From Rhodanobacteraceae bacterium (GTDB taxonomy: Bacteria; Pseudomonadota; Gammaproteobacteria; Xanthomonadales; Rhodanobacteraceae): a stretch of 44,654 nucleotides of DNA. The stretch is from positions 1-44,654 of the forward strand of contig DATFGL010000028.1 in the NCBI GenBank assembly GCA_035249465.1, in the 5' to 3' direction. Positions 20,485 through 30,395 of the stretch are shown one piece after another; the stretch's first letter is position 1, and each line of letters starts with the position of its first letter. Position numbers and translations under genes: made by a program. Under the pieces are notes generated by a model. The model did no database searches. It was not told the DNA's origin and was given only the letters and a program-made list of their open reading frames with translations.

Positions 20485-21099
20485 TTGAAGACGCTGGCGC
20501 TGGCCTTGCTGCTGCTGTCCGCGTTCGGCATCGCGCACGCCGCTGAAACCACCACGCGAACCTGGACCATCGATCCCGCGCGATCGCAGGTCCAGTTTGT
20601 CGTGCGAAAGTTCTGGTTCGCGCACGTGCGCGGCACGTTCCCGGCGCTGTCCGGCACGCTGTACCGCATCGACACCCACATCGGCGCCGATCTCGGCCGG
20701 GTCGATGCCGACCTCACGGTCGCTGGCCTGTGGATGGACGACGCCGGCGATCGCGCGCGTGCGCTCGGTGCCGGGTTCTTCGACGCGGCGCAATTCCCCG
20801 CCATCCACTTCGATTCCGACTCGTTCCCCATGAGCGAACTGGTGGCCGGAGGTACGTTGCGCGGAATGCTGAGCCTGCATGGCGAGCGCCTTCCCGTGAC
20901 GTTGACGCTGCAGCCGTCGGATTGCCCGCGGCAGCCCCTGCAATGCGTGATCCGGGTGCGCGGCACGATTTCCCGTTCCGCCTTCGGCATGCGCGGCTGG
21001 CGCGGCGTGTTGTCGGACAGGGTGGAACTGGATCTCAGGATCGTTTTGCGTTCGTCCACGAACGCCATTTCGCCTGACTTGAGGCCGGACGCTGCATAG
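20485..21099 (+). CDS. YceI-family periplasmic protein
   Basis: Same frame as track ORF 20383..21099. TTG 20485, 2 nt after the sixA stop, gives the signal peptide KTLALALLLLSAFGIAHA followed by WTIDPARSQVQFVVRK. Confidence 0.8.
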   Translation: MKTLALALLLLSAFGIAHAAETTTRTWTIDPARSQVQFVVRKFWFAHVRGTFPALSGTLYRIDTHIGADLGRVDADLTVAGLWMDDAGDRARALGAGFFDAAQFPAIHFDSDSFPMSELVAGGTLRGMLSLHGERLPVTLTLQPSDCPRQPLQCVIRVRGTISRSAFGMRGWRGVLSDRVELDLRIVLRSSTNAISPDLRPDAA

Positions 21100-21123
21100 C
21101 GTTCACGGGCCCTGGCATTACCC

Positions 21124-21186
21124 CGGCCATCAAAGCCGCCATCCATGGCCAGGAGCTTCCTGGCCTGATTTCCCGCAACAGCCGCC
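21124..21186 (+). repeat. Dispersed intergenic repeat family A, copy A1
   Basis: The sequence is aagccgccatccatggccaggagcttcctggcctgatttcccgcaacagccgcc, containing the hairpin GGCCAGG/CCTGGCC. It aligns with copies at about 23142, 33988 and 42734, and with a partial reverse copy at about 40462. Confidence 0.75.
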
Positions 21187-21234
21187 ATGTACGGCTCTTT
21201 CAGACACACGACGCCCCCGTATGATGCGCGGGTG

Positions 21235-23070
21235 ATGCGAAAGAGCGTTCGCGCAAAATTGGGTTGGTGCGTCTGCGCCCTCGCATTGGGGCTGGCGGGA
21301 TGCGCACCGCTGTCGACGAAGCGCATCCAGCGCGCGGACCAGATCATCTCGATGTCCGCCGACAGCCGCAGCGATTGCGACCGGCCCGACCGTTGCGCCG
21401 AAGCCTCGCCGTTCATGGCGCAGGCCGACAACGCGATCGCGGCCTCGAAGCCGGACGCGCCGCGCAACACCGTGACTCTGCTGAACATCGGCCAGAACGC
21501 GCTGGCGGCGCGCATCAACCTGATCCGGGCCGCGCAGAAGTCCATCGACATCCAGACCTACATATGGTCGAAGGACGATGCCGGCATGCTGGTGCTGGAC
21601 GAACTGGTGAAAGCCGCGCGGCGCGGGGTCAAGGTGCGCATCCTGGCCGACCAGCTGGGTTCGTTGAACGATCCGCAACTGCTGTCGCGGCTGGCGCGCG
21701 CCAGCGACAACCTGCACATCAAGCTGTACAACCCGACGTTCGATAGCGCCCGCAACAATTACATCGAATACGCCGCCAGCGTGTTGTGCTGTTTCCGCAA
21801 GTTCAACCAGCGCATGCACAACAAGCTGTTCCTGGTGGACGGCAAGGTCGGCATCGTGGGTGGCCGAAACTACGCCAACGATTACTTCGACTGGGATTCG
21901 CAAATGGATTTTCTCGACCGCGACGTGATCGTGTCCGGGATTGCCGGACGCCAGATGGAACGCGGCTTCGAGCTCTTCTGGCACAACAACCGCGCGGTAC
22001 CGCTGACGCACCTGAAGGACGTCAACGCCGACATCCTGGCGCACCCGTTCGACGTCGAACCCTGGGCGCAGCCGCGCTTCGCCGATCCGCAGCGCGTGAC
22101 CGCGACCCGCAGCGAAGCGGAAGATCCCGGGTGGCTCGCGGATAACCTGCTCGACCACAGCCTGAATGTGGGGCTGGTGGATTACTTCTACGACCTCCCG
22201 TCCAAGGACGAGGCGGTGCACGGCCCGGATTCACGCGAGCTGACGCGCGACTTGATGAAGATGATTTCGGATGCGCACGAGCAGATCGTGCTGCAGACGC
22301 CGTACCTGGTGTTGACGCGCCGCGCGGGCACGATCTTCAAGGCGCTGCAGGGGAAAAAGCCGCCGGTGCAGGTGATCGTGTCCACCAATTCGCTGGCCTC
22401 CACCGACGCGCTGCCGGTGTACGCGCTGTCGTACAAACACCACAAGAAGTTCCTGGTGGATTACGGCTTCCAGATCCATGAATTGATGCCGCACCCGGCC
22501 GATGCCGGCGAGATGCTCGGTGACTACAACCGCTTGTCCGGTCTCGGGTCGGAGAAATCTTCCGCGCACCATGGCGGCCGCGCGCCGATCGAGCCCGGCA
22601 GCCAGGGCCCGCGGATAAGCCTGCACGCGAAATCGCTGGTGGTCGATGGCCGCATCGCCATGGTCGGTTCGCACAACTTCGACCCGCGCTCCAGCCACTA
22701 CAACACCGAGGACGGCGTGATCATCGACGATCCGGCGTTTGCCGGGCAGGTACGCGCGGCGATCTTGCGCGATGCCGCGCCGCGCAATGCGTGGCTGGTC
22801 GCACCGCGCCGCCCCATTCCCATCATAGGCGACGTCAGCCAGGCCATCGGTGATGTTTCGCGCAGCCTGCCGATCTTCGACATCTGGCCGTTCGGCTACG
22901 CCACCGATTACCAGTTGAAGCCCGGTTGCCAGCCGGTTCCGGCCACCGATCCGGACTTCCTGGAGTGCTGGAAGCCGGTGGGGGACTTCCCCGAGGTCAA
23001 CCTGTCGCTCACCGCCATCATCACACGCTTCATCACCGCGTTCGGGGCGGGCATGCAGGGGATTTTGTAG
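21235..23070 (+). CDS. Phospholipase D-family lipoprotein (two HKD motifs)
   Basis: Track ORF is 21187..23070. ATG 21235 gives the lipobox ALGLAGC. The HKD motifs are HNKLFLVDGKVGIVGGRNYANDY and LHAKSLVVDGRIAMVGSHNFDPRS. Confidence 0.85.
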   Translation: MRKSVRAKLGWCVCALALGLAGCAPLSTKRIQRADQIISMSADSRSDCDRPDRCAEASPFMAQADNAIAASKPDAPRNTVTLLNIGQNALAARINLIRAAQKSIDIQTYIWSKDDAGMLVLDELVKAARRGVKVRILADQLGSLNDPQLLSRLARASDNLHIKLYNPTFDSARNNYIEYAASVLCCFRKFNQRMHNKLFLVDGKVGIVGGRNYANDYFDWDSQMDFLDRDVIVSGIAGRQMERGFELFWHNNRAVPLTHLKDVNADILAHPFDVEPWAQPRFADPQRVTATRSEAEDPGWLADNLLDHSLNVGLVDYFYDLPSKDEAVHGPDSRELTRDLMKMISDAHEQIVLQTPYLVLTRRAGTIFKALQGKKPPVQVIVSTNSLASTDALPVYALSYKHHKKFLVDYGFQIHELMPHPADAGEMLGDYNRLSGLGSEKSSAHHGGRAPIEPGSQGPRISLHAKSLVVDGRIAMVGSHNFDPRSSHYNTEDGVIIDDPAFAGQVRAAILRDAAPRNAWLVAPRRPIPIIGDVSQAIGDVSRSLPIFDIWPFGYATDYQLKPGCQPVPATDPDFLECWKPVGDFPEVNLSLTAIITRFITAFGAGMQGIL

Positions 23071-23141
23071 TTGGGTCATCCATGATCGCCGCGCCACACG
23101 GTCACATGTTTGAGGCGCTACCGGGTCACCTGGACACCAGA

Positions 23142-23203
23142 AGGCCAAAGCCGCCGTCCATGGCTGAGGGCTCCGTGGCCTGACTTTTCACTCGAAGCGC
23201 GAG
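23142..23203 (+). repeat. Repeat family A, copy A2
   Basis: The sequence is ggccaaagccgccgtccatggctgagggctccgtggcctgacttttcactcgaagcgcgag. Confidence 0.7.
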
Positions 23204-23229
23204 TCTTTGGCCGCCGCCTGCAGGTGCGA

Positions 23230-23258
23230 TTGACGCGGTTGAAGCCGCTCGGTAGTCT
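23230..23258 (+). promoter_or_regulatory. Candidate sigma70 promoter TTGACG-N17-TAGTCT
   Basis: Read directly. It lies about 35 nt upstream of the ATG at 23292. Confidence 0.4.
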
Positions 23259-23291
23259 GCCGAATTCAGCCGCCCGTGCGAGGATTCAGCC

Positions 23292-23864
23292 ATGCCGATG
23301 GACATCAACATCCAGTTGAGTGACGACGACCTGCAGTTCTTCGTCAAGGGCATGCATGACGTGCAAGCCAGCGTCAAGGACGAGGATGCCGATACGATCA
23401 TCGCGGCGGCGCAGAAACTGCTGGACGAAACGCGGGGTGCTTCCGCACCGCCGTTCATCTCCGAGCGCATCGGCAGCGTGGAGTCGCTGATCGCGATGTC
23501 CCGCGACGTGGGCTTCAACCTGCCCGAGGACGATCGCAGGCGGGTACTCGCCGCGTTGGCGTACCTGGCCGATCCCAACGACGCCATTCCCGACAGCGTG
23601 CCGGTGCTGGGCTTCCTCGACGATGCCATCATGATCGAGTTGTGCCGCCGGGATCTGCGTTTCGAAATCGAGGCCTACGACGACTTCGTCGCGTGGCGTG
23701 CGGAAGAAGCCCGTTCGCGCGGGCTGGATCCGGAAAAACTGATGGTGCAGCGCGCCGACTGGGCGGATGCGCAAGCCGCCGAGGCGATCGCGCTGATGCA
23801 GCGCCGCCGCCATGACTCCTATTCCAGCGGTGCGTGGCGGCCGACGTTGTTCAAGGTGAGTTGA
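23292..23864 (+). CDS. DUF1232 (YkvA-like) domain protein
   Basis: 190 aa. LAYLADPNDAIPDSVPVLGFLDDAIMIE matches the DxIPDxxPxxGxxDD signature of DUF1232. Confidence 0.75.
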   Translation: MPMDINIQLSDDDLQFFVKGMHDVQASVKDEDADTIIAAAQKLLDETRGASAPPFISERIGSVESLIAMSRDVGFNLPEDDRRRVLAALAYLADPNDAIPDSVPVLGFLDDAIMIELCRRDLRFEIEAYDDFVAWRAEEARSRGLDPEKLMVQRADWADAQAAEAIALMQRRRHDSYSSGAWRPTLFKVS

Positions 23865-23876
23865 GCGCGAACATCT

Positions 23877-23965
23877 GCAGGTTGGGCTGACGCCGGCTTT
23901 ATCGGCTGAAGCCCAACACTTTCGACACGATCACGTTGGGTTTCACTGCATTCAGCCCAACCTAC
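23877..23965. repeat. REP-like palindromic units (family C) between two convergent genes
   Basis: GTTGGGCT (23881-23888) pairs with AGCCCAAC (23910-23917). A second unit pairs GTTGGG (23935-23940) with GCCCAAC (23955-23961) and overlaps the thiolase stop. Confidence 0.6.
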
Positions 23966-25260
23966 CGCTCCATGATGGCCACCACGCCCATCCCGCCCGC
24001 GGTGCAGATCGAAATCAGCCCGCGGCCGGAACCCTTCTGCGCGAGCAGCTTGGCCAGCGTCGCCGCGATGCGCGCGCCGGTGGCGGCGAACGGGTGCCCC
24101 GTCGCGAGGCTCGATCCGCTGACGTTGATCTTCGCCGGATCGATGGAACCCAGTGGCGCGTCCAGTCCCAGCCGGTTGCGGCAGTAATCCGGCGACTCCC
24201 ACGCGCGCAACTGGCACAACACCTGCGCGGCAAAGGCTTCGTGGATTTCGTAGAAATCGAAATCCTGCAATTTGAGTCCGGCGCGTTGCAGCATGCGCGG
24301 CACCGCGATGGTGGGTGCCATCAACAACCCTTCGCCGTGCACGTAATCGACGCCGGCGACTTCCGCGAAGGTGAGGTACGCCAGCACCGGCAGCTTGTGC
24401 GCGGCGGCCCAATCCTCGCTGGCCAGCAGCACCGCCGCCGCGCCGTCCGACAGCGCGGAGGAATTGCCGGCCGTGAGCGTGCCCTTGCCGGAGGTGCGAT
24501 CGAACGCGGGTTTCAGTGCGGCGAGTTTTTCCAGCGTGGTATCGGCACGCAGCAGGTTGTCGCGTGCGACCCCACGGAACGGTACCACCAGGTCCTCGAA
24601 GAAGCCGGCGTCGTAGGCGGCGGCGAGCTTGCGATGGCTTTCCAGCGCCCACTGATCCTGCTCGGCACGCCCGATCTTCCATTCGCGCGCCATTTTTTCG
24701 CAGTGCTGGCCCATCGACAGGCCCGTGCGCGGCTCCGCCACGCCCGGCACTTGCGGCTTCAGTTCGCGCAGGCGAAATCCGCGGGTCGCGGCGCGCAGCT
24801 TTTGTCCGAATGTTTTTGCGCGATTCAAATCCAGCAGGCGTTGTTGCAGGCGGTTGGAATACGTCAGCGGAACCTGGCTGGTCGTGTCCGAACCGCCGCC
24901 GATGCCGGCCTCGATCTGGCCGGTCGCGATCTTCTGCGCAAGGAGGATCGCGTTGTCCAGGGAAGTACCGCAGGCGCGCGCCGTGGTGATGCCGGGCGTG
25001 GTCATCGCGAGCCCGGACGATTGCAGCGCTTCGCGCGCAAGATTCCAGTCGGCGGGATGCTTCATCACCGCGCCGAACGCGACTTCGCCCAGTTCCATGC
25101 CGTGCAGCCCGAACTTCTCGACAAGCGCGCCCAGCACTTCCACCGACATGCCGAAGTTGCCGAGGTCGGCATACGCCGTGTCGCGCTTGCAGAACGGAAT
25201 GCGCACGCCGCCCAGCACGGCGACGCGGCGGGTTTGTGGAATCATGATCCCGGCTCCCAT
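23962..25260 (-). CDS. Acetyl-CoA C-acyltransferase (thiolase, FadI-like)
   Basis: 432 aa with RRVAVLGGVRIPF and C-terminal ICTAGGMGVV. GAAGGA lies 6 nt upstream of ATG 25260. Confidence 0.9.
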   Translation of the reverse strand: MGAGIMIPQTRRVAVLGGVRIPFCKRDTAYADLGNFGMSVEVLGALVEKFGLHGMELGEVAFGAVMKHPADWNLAREALQSSGLAMTTPGITTARACGTSLDNAILLAQKIATGQIEAGIGGGSDTTSQVPLTYSNRLQQRLLDLNRAKTFGQKLRAATRGFRLRELKPQVPGVAEPRTGLSMGQHCEKMAREWKIGRAEQDQWALESHRKLAAAYDAGFFEDLVVPFRGVARDNLLRADTTLEKLAALKPAFDRTSGKGTLTAGNSSALSDGAAAVLLASEDWAAAHKLPVLAYLTFAEVAGVDYVHGEGLLMAPTIAVPRMLQRAGLKLQDFDFYEIHEAFAAQVLCQLRAWESPDYCRNRLGLDAPLGSIDPAKINVSGSSLATGHPFAATGARIAATLAKLLAQKGSGRGLISICTAGGMGVVAIMER

Positions 25261-25274
25261 GCGATTTCCTTCAT

Positions 25275-25365
25275 TGTAGGAGCGCGTAGTTTGTAGGGCG
25301 GGAGTAGTGCAGCGTATCCCGCCTGCCGGAACGAACCCGACGGCGGGTTGGCACCCGCCCTACGC
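25275..25365. repeat. REP-like element family B (GTAGGGCGGG ... GGCGGGTTGGCACCCGCCCTAC)
   Basis: The outer inverted repeat pairs GTAGGGCGGG (25293-25302) with CCCGCCCTAC (25354-25363). The inner hairpin is GGCGGGT-tggc-ACCCGCC. A related unit lies at 39420-39441. Confidence 0.65.
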
Positions 25366-25383
25366 GAACTCGATAAACCCGCG

Positions 25384-25850
25384 CTACACGAAATGGATGA
25401 ACCCGCGCCGCAGCATCTTGTATGGCTCTTCTTCCATCCCGAGCGACACATAGGTTTGCTGCGCCCGTTCGTTGTCGCGCTCGACGTAGAGCCTCAACCC
25501 CACCGCACCCGCCGCACGCGCGCGGTGTTCGACATCGGCGTACAGCGCGCGGAATACCCCGGCGCGGCGTGCAGCTTTCGTCACGTACACACTCTGGAAC
25601 CACCACCAGTCGCCATTGCGCCAGTCGCTCCATTCGAAGGTGATGAGCAGGCAGCCGGCAGGATTGCCGTCCAGCTCGGCGATCAGGTAGAACCCGCGCC
25701 GCGGATCGTCGAACACCGCCCGCGTTCCGTGCGTCAAAACGTCGCGATCGAGCGTCTTGTGCTCGGTCTCCAACGCCATCGCGGCATTGCACTCCACCAG
25801 GAACGCAATGTCGGCAACCTCCGCGGCCCGGATGACAATCGGCATGCACA

Positions 25851-25851
<1 letters not shown>
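25384..25851 (-). CDS. GNAT-family N-acetyltransferase
   Basis: About 155 aa. The start region GTGATGTGCATG overlaps the ntrC stop, with ATG 25851 sharing the A of TGA. The acetyl-CoA-binding region is QSVYVTKAARRAGVFRALY. Confidence 0.85.
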
Positions 25852-27256
<1,405 letters not shown>

Positions 27257-27260
<4 letters not shown>

Positions 27261-28276
27261 GCGTGTTCTCCCGGGCGCGGATGGCGGGGCAGCAGCATCA
27301 CGAAACAAGATCCCGTCTGTCGCCGCTGCAGGGTCAACTCGCCGCCGTGTTCGCGTGCGATTTCGCGTGCAAGGGCAAGGCCCAGGCCCGTTCCATCCGC
27401 GCGACCCGACACCATCGGCTCGAACAACGTCGTTGCGATCGAGTCGGGTACGCCATCGCCGTCGTCTTCGATTTCGATGCGCAACGTCGGCACGCGCTGT
27501 CCGTGCGCGTTGCGCCATCCGGCTTCGGCGCGGCTGCGCAGGACGATTCGCCCCGCGTTGGCTTCCACCGCATTGCGCACCAGGTTCAGGGTCGCTTGCA
27601 GCAGGCGATCGGGGTCGCCGTGCCAGGCGGGCAGGCTGGGGTCGTAGTCGCGTACCAGGGTGACGTCGCCGCGTTCGGCCCGCAGCAATTCCGCGGCCCG
27701 TTCCAGCATTGCGTGCACGTTGACGGCGCGCGTTGCCATGGCGTGGCGTGCGCCCAGCAGGCGTTCGGCCAAGGTTGCCAGCCGCGCCGATTCGTCGCGG
27801 ATCAGTCGTGCGAGCTCGCGCTGCCGGGAGTCGTCCGCGCGTTGTTCCAGCAATTGCGCCGCGCCGGAAATCGCCGCCAATGGGTTGCGGATTTCATGCG
27901 CGAACCCGCGCAACGACTCGGACACGCGCGTTGTTCCGCTGGTCGTTCGGGCCGGGCGGGTTTCGACCCAGATGCCGCCAGTGGACGGCGTGAAGCTGAA
28001 GTCGAGTCGCGCCTCGTTTCCCGGCGCTGTGCAAATCGCAACGACGGCCAGGTCGAGCGCGCCGTGTTCCGCCCGCGACCGCAGCGCGAACGCGTGCAGT
28101 CTCTCCCCGTCCGGCTTCAGCGCTTCCAGCGTTTGCCCGAGAAGGCGCGACAACCCATAGCCGGTATGCTCGATGAAGGCCGGGTTCGCGTAGCTTACGC
28201 GCCCGTCAACATCCAGCCGGGCCACGCCGGTGGCAAGTTGATCGAGCGATCTCGTTTCCAGCTTGGTGCGCGTCAT
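27257..28276 (-). CDS. ntrB: Nitrogen regulation sensor histidine kinase NR(II)
   Basis: 339 aa with an N-terminal PAS-like region, the H-box GFAHEIRNPLAAI and an ATPase domain (DDGDGVP, GTGLGLALAREI). Confidence 0.93.
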
Positions 28277-28313
28277 TGCACCAATTTAGTGCGTGCGATC
28301 CGCACCGGCAAGG

Positions 28314-28973
28314 TCAACGTGCGACGCGGAACGTGAGGTTGTAGCGAAGTGTGCCAGTCAACGGATGCTCTCCGTCCTTGACCGGCAGCACGCCGTGATA
28401 ACGCATCCGCGAGGGGCCGCCCCACACCACGACATCGCCATGCACGAGCGGTACACGCCGTTGCGGATCCGTTCGTGCAAGGCCGCCGAACAGGAATACC
28501 GCCGGCAACCCGAGCGACACCGACACGATCGGCGAGTGGCGGTCGCGTTCGTCCTGGTCCTGATGCAACGTAAGCCGCGCGCCGATTTCGTAGCGATTGA
28601 TCAGGCACACGTCCGGCGCGTAAGCATCGAATCCGGCTTCGCGCGCGGCCTCGCGCGCAAGCTTGGCGAACAGCGCTGGCATGACTGGCCACGGCTTGCC
28701 GGTTTTCGGGTCGGTCGACGTGTAGCGGTAGCCGCGCCGGTCGCTGAACCAGCCCACTGCGCCGCAGTTGGTCATCGCCACCGACATCGTCTTGCCGCCG
28801 GGTGTTACCAGATGTCGGAATGGCGAAGTCGTCGCGATGCCACTGATCTCTGCCAGCAACCGTTCCACAACATCCCGTGCAAACCCGCGCAGCACCCAAG
28901 CGCCTGGCGAGAGTTCCTCGCATCTGCGAGCGAGCGATGACTGATCGAACATTGGCAAAGTGCTAGCATGCAT
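28314..28973 (-). CDS. alkB: Alpha-ketoglutarate/Fe(II)-dependent DNA dealkylation dioxygenase AlkB
   Basis: 219 aa, collinear with E. coli AlkB (MSVAMTNCG, CLINRY..GARLTLHQDQDE, IVSVSLG, VVVWGG.SR..YHG, RYNLTFR). An alternative start is ATG 28952. Confidence 0.93.
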   Translation of the reverse strand: MHASTLPMFDQSSLARRCEELSPGAWVLRGFARDVVERLLAEISGIATTSPFRHLVTPGGKTMSVAMTNCGAVGWFSDRRGYRYTSTDPKTGKPWPVMPALFAKLAREAAREAGFDAYAPDVCLINRYEIGARLTLHQDQDERDRHSPIVSVSLGLPAVFLFGGLARTDPQRRVPLVHGDVVVWGGPSRMRYHGVLPVKDGEHPLTGTLRYNLTFRVAR

Positions 28974-29161
28974 GAGCGGATGGGGACTGCGCGCAATGAG
29001 TGGCGCTCGAATGGCTGCTTCCTTGAAACGGCAGCGCTTCGTCGACCGGTGTGAATTTTATTCCAGGGCGCTCAAGGCTGGATCATGTTCAACGACATGC
29101 GACCCGGGCTGGGATGTACCACAACGGGGGAATATCCGTGTTCACTCCGAATCATCGAGGG

Positions 29162-29755
29162 ATGATCATGCGCAGACCTGTGCCTATGGCGTTAATCCTC
29201 GTTGCATCGATGCTGCAAGGGTGCAGCGGGTCGCCGGCGAAGGCGGATTCTGCATTGTCTTCCCTGCTATTGTTCGGGTCCGACGGCCAGCCTCGTTTTA
29301 CCCTCGACTTGGCGTGTGCGGGCCTGGAATCCACCAGCGATGTGCAATGCTTGACCGTGAGCAACACATTTTCCACATGGAGTCTTGGTCGGCACATCAA
29401 GCTTCGCATTGTCAACCAGGACGATCCGGCATTTCAGGCGGGAGCGATCAAGGCGCGCCTGCAATCGATTCCGTCAACGGTGCCCTACCTGGTTACGGTT
29501 CGCATCGAGCCACAGGTCGAGCCGAGCTTCCGGGAAGCCGGGAATGGGGTTCCCATGGCCGGTGGCGGCGGGCACTCCGGCTCGGTTGGTTATCGTGCCT
29601 GGATTCAGGTTTTTTCGACCGCGACAGGCGCCTTGATTCAGAAACAGGCGCTGCGTCATCAGCAAACGATGCCGGACCACGCCAACGTTACGCCCGTGTT
29701 CAAGACGGAAGTTGACAGGGTGATCCGTTCCATCGATTCGGCCTACCCCGGTTGA
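29162..29755 (+). CDS. Hypothetical lipoprotein, no family recognised
   Basis: Track ORF is 29051..29755. ATG 29162 gives MIMRRPVPMALILVASMLQGC (lipobox). G+C is visibly lower than in its neighbours. Confidence 0.6.
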   Translation: MIMRRPVPMALILVASMLQGCSGSPAKADSALSSLLLFGSDGQPRFTLDLACAGLESTSDVQCLTVSNTFSTWSLGRHIKLRIVNQDDPAFQAGAIKARLQSIPSTVPYLVTVRIEPQVEPSFREAGNGVPMAGGGGHSGSVGYRAWIQVFSTATGALIQKQALRHQQTMPDHANVTPVFKTEVDRVIRSIDSAYPG

Positions 29756-29772
29756 TCGGGTTGGGCTACTTA

Positions 29773-30255
29773 TTAGAACAATATTTGCCAGTAACCCACA
29801 TCGATCCAGTGGCCGAACTTGAAGCCGTTCTCGCGAAAATGCGCGACCTTCGTGAAGCCGAGTTTTTCGTGAAGGGCCGCGCTGGCAACATTTGGAAGTG
29901 CAGCGCCACCGATCACGCAATGGATGTTTTGCGCGCGCAGGTCGTCGAGCAGGCTTTGGTACAACGCGGAACCGAATCCACGTCCGACTTGCGTGGGAGA
30001 GAGATAGATCGAACTTTCCACTGTGAACCGGTAACCGCTGCGCGATTTCCACGGCGACGCGTACGCATAACCCGCGATCGCGCCATCATGTTCGAGGACC
30101 AGCCATGGCAACTTTTCGAGCACGGCGTCCATGCGCGATTGCATGTCGGCTGCTGCGACCGGCTGTTCCTCGAACGTCACGATCGTGTTGGTGACGTAGT
30201 GGTTGTAGATCGCGCAAATGGAGGACGCGTCGGCAGTTGCTGCGGCCCGGATCAT
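29773..30255 (-). CDS. GNAT acetyltransferase of the phosphinothricin / methionine-sulfoximine N-acetyltransferase (PAT) type
   Basis: Track ORF is 29773..30573. ATG 30255 gives 160 aa: MIRAATADASSICAIYNHYVTNTIVTFEEQP...GYAYASPWKSRSGYRFTVESSIYL...GFGSALY...HEKLGF. This pattern is typical of PAT-family enzymes. Confidence 0.8.
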   Translation of the reverse strand: MIRAAATADASSICAIYNHYVTNTIVTFEEQPVAAADMQSRMDAVLEKLPWLVLEHDGAIAGYAYASPWKSRSGYRFTVESSIYLSPTQVGRGFGSALYQSLLDDLRAQNIHCVIGGAALPNVASAALHEKLGFTKVAHFRENGFKFGHWIDVGYWQILF

Positions 30256-30340
30256 GGCGAATCTTCGTTCACTCCGCGCGCACTCTCTCCCGTAACGAAA
30301 GAGTGCACGAACAGGTGTTTTGCCAAGCCGACTCTTGATC

Positions 30341-30370
30341 TCGTCATTCCGGCATTCGTCGGAATGACGA
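30341..30370. repeat. Perfect 11-bp inverted repeat TCGTCATTCCG-N8-CGGAATGACGA in the glnA 3' region
   Basis: Read directly. No U-tract follows on either strand, so it is not a canonical intrinsic terminator. It could be a REP-like element or a processing/stability hairpin. Confidence 0.55.
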
Positions 30371-30395
30371 AAGGAGCATTCCTGCAAGCCACCGC

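Noticed and set aside
18861-21551. 896-aa minus-strand ORF across the secreted protein, sixA, yceI and PLD genes
   Set aside because: Same artefact. It crosses four independent plus-strand genes and their spacers and shows no protein-like features.
28340-28356. TGGCAC on the minus strand about 65-80 nt upstream of ntrB, a possible sigma54 promoter
   Set aside because: The downstream element reads GCTAC with its GC two positions out of register relative to the GG. It does not fit the -24/-12 spacing.
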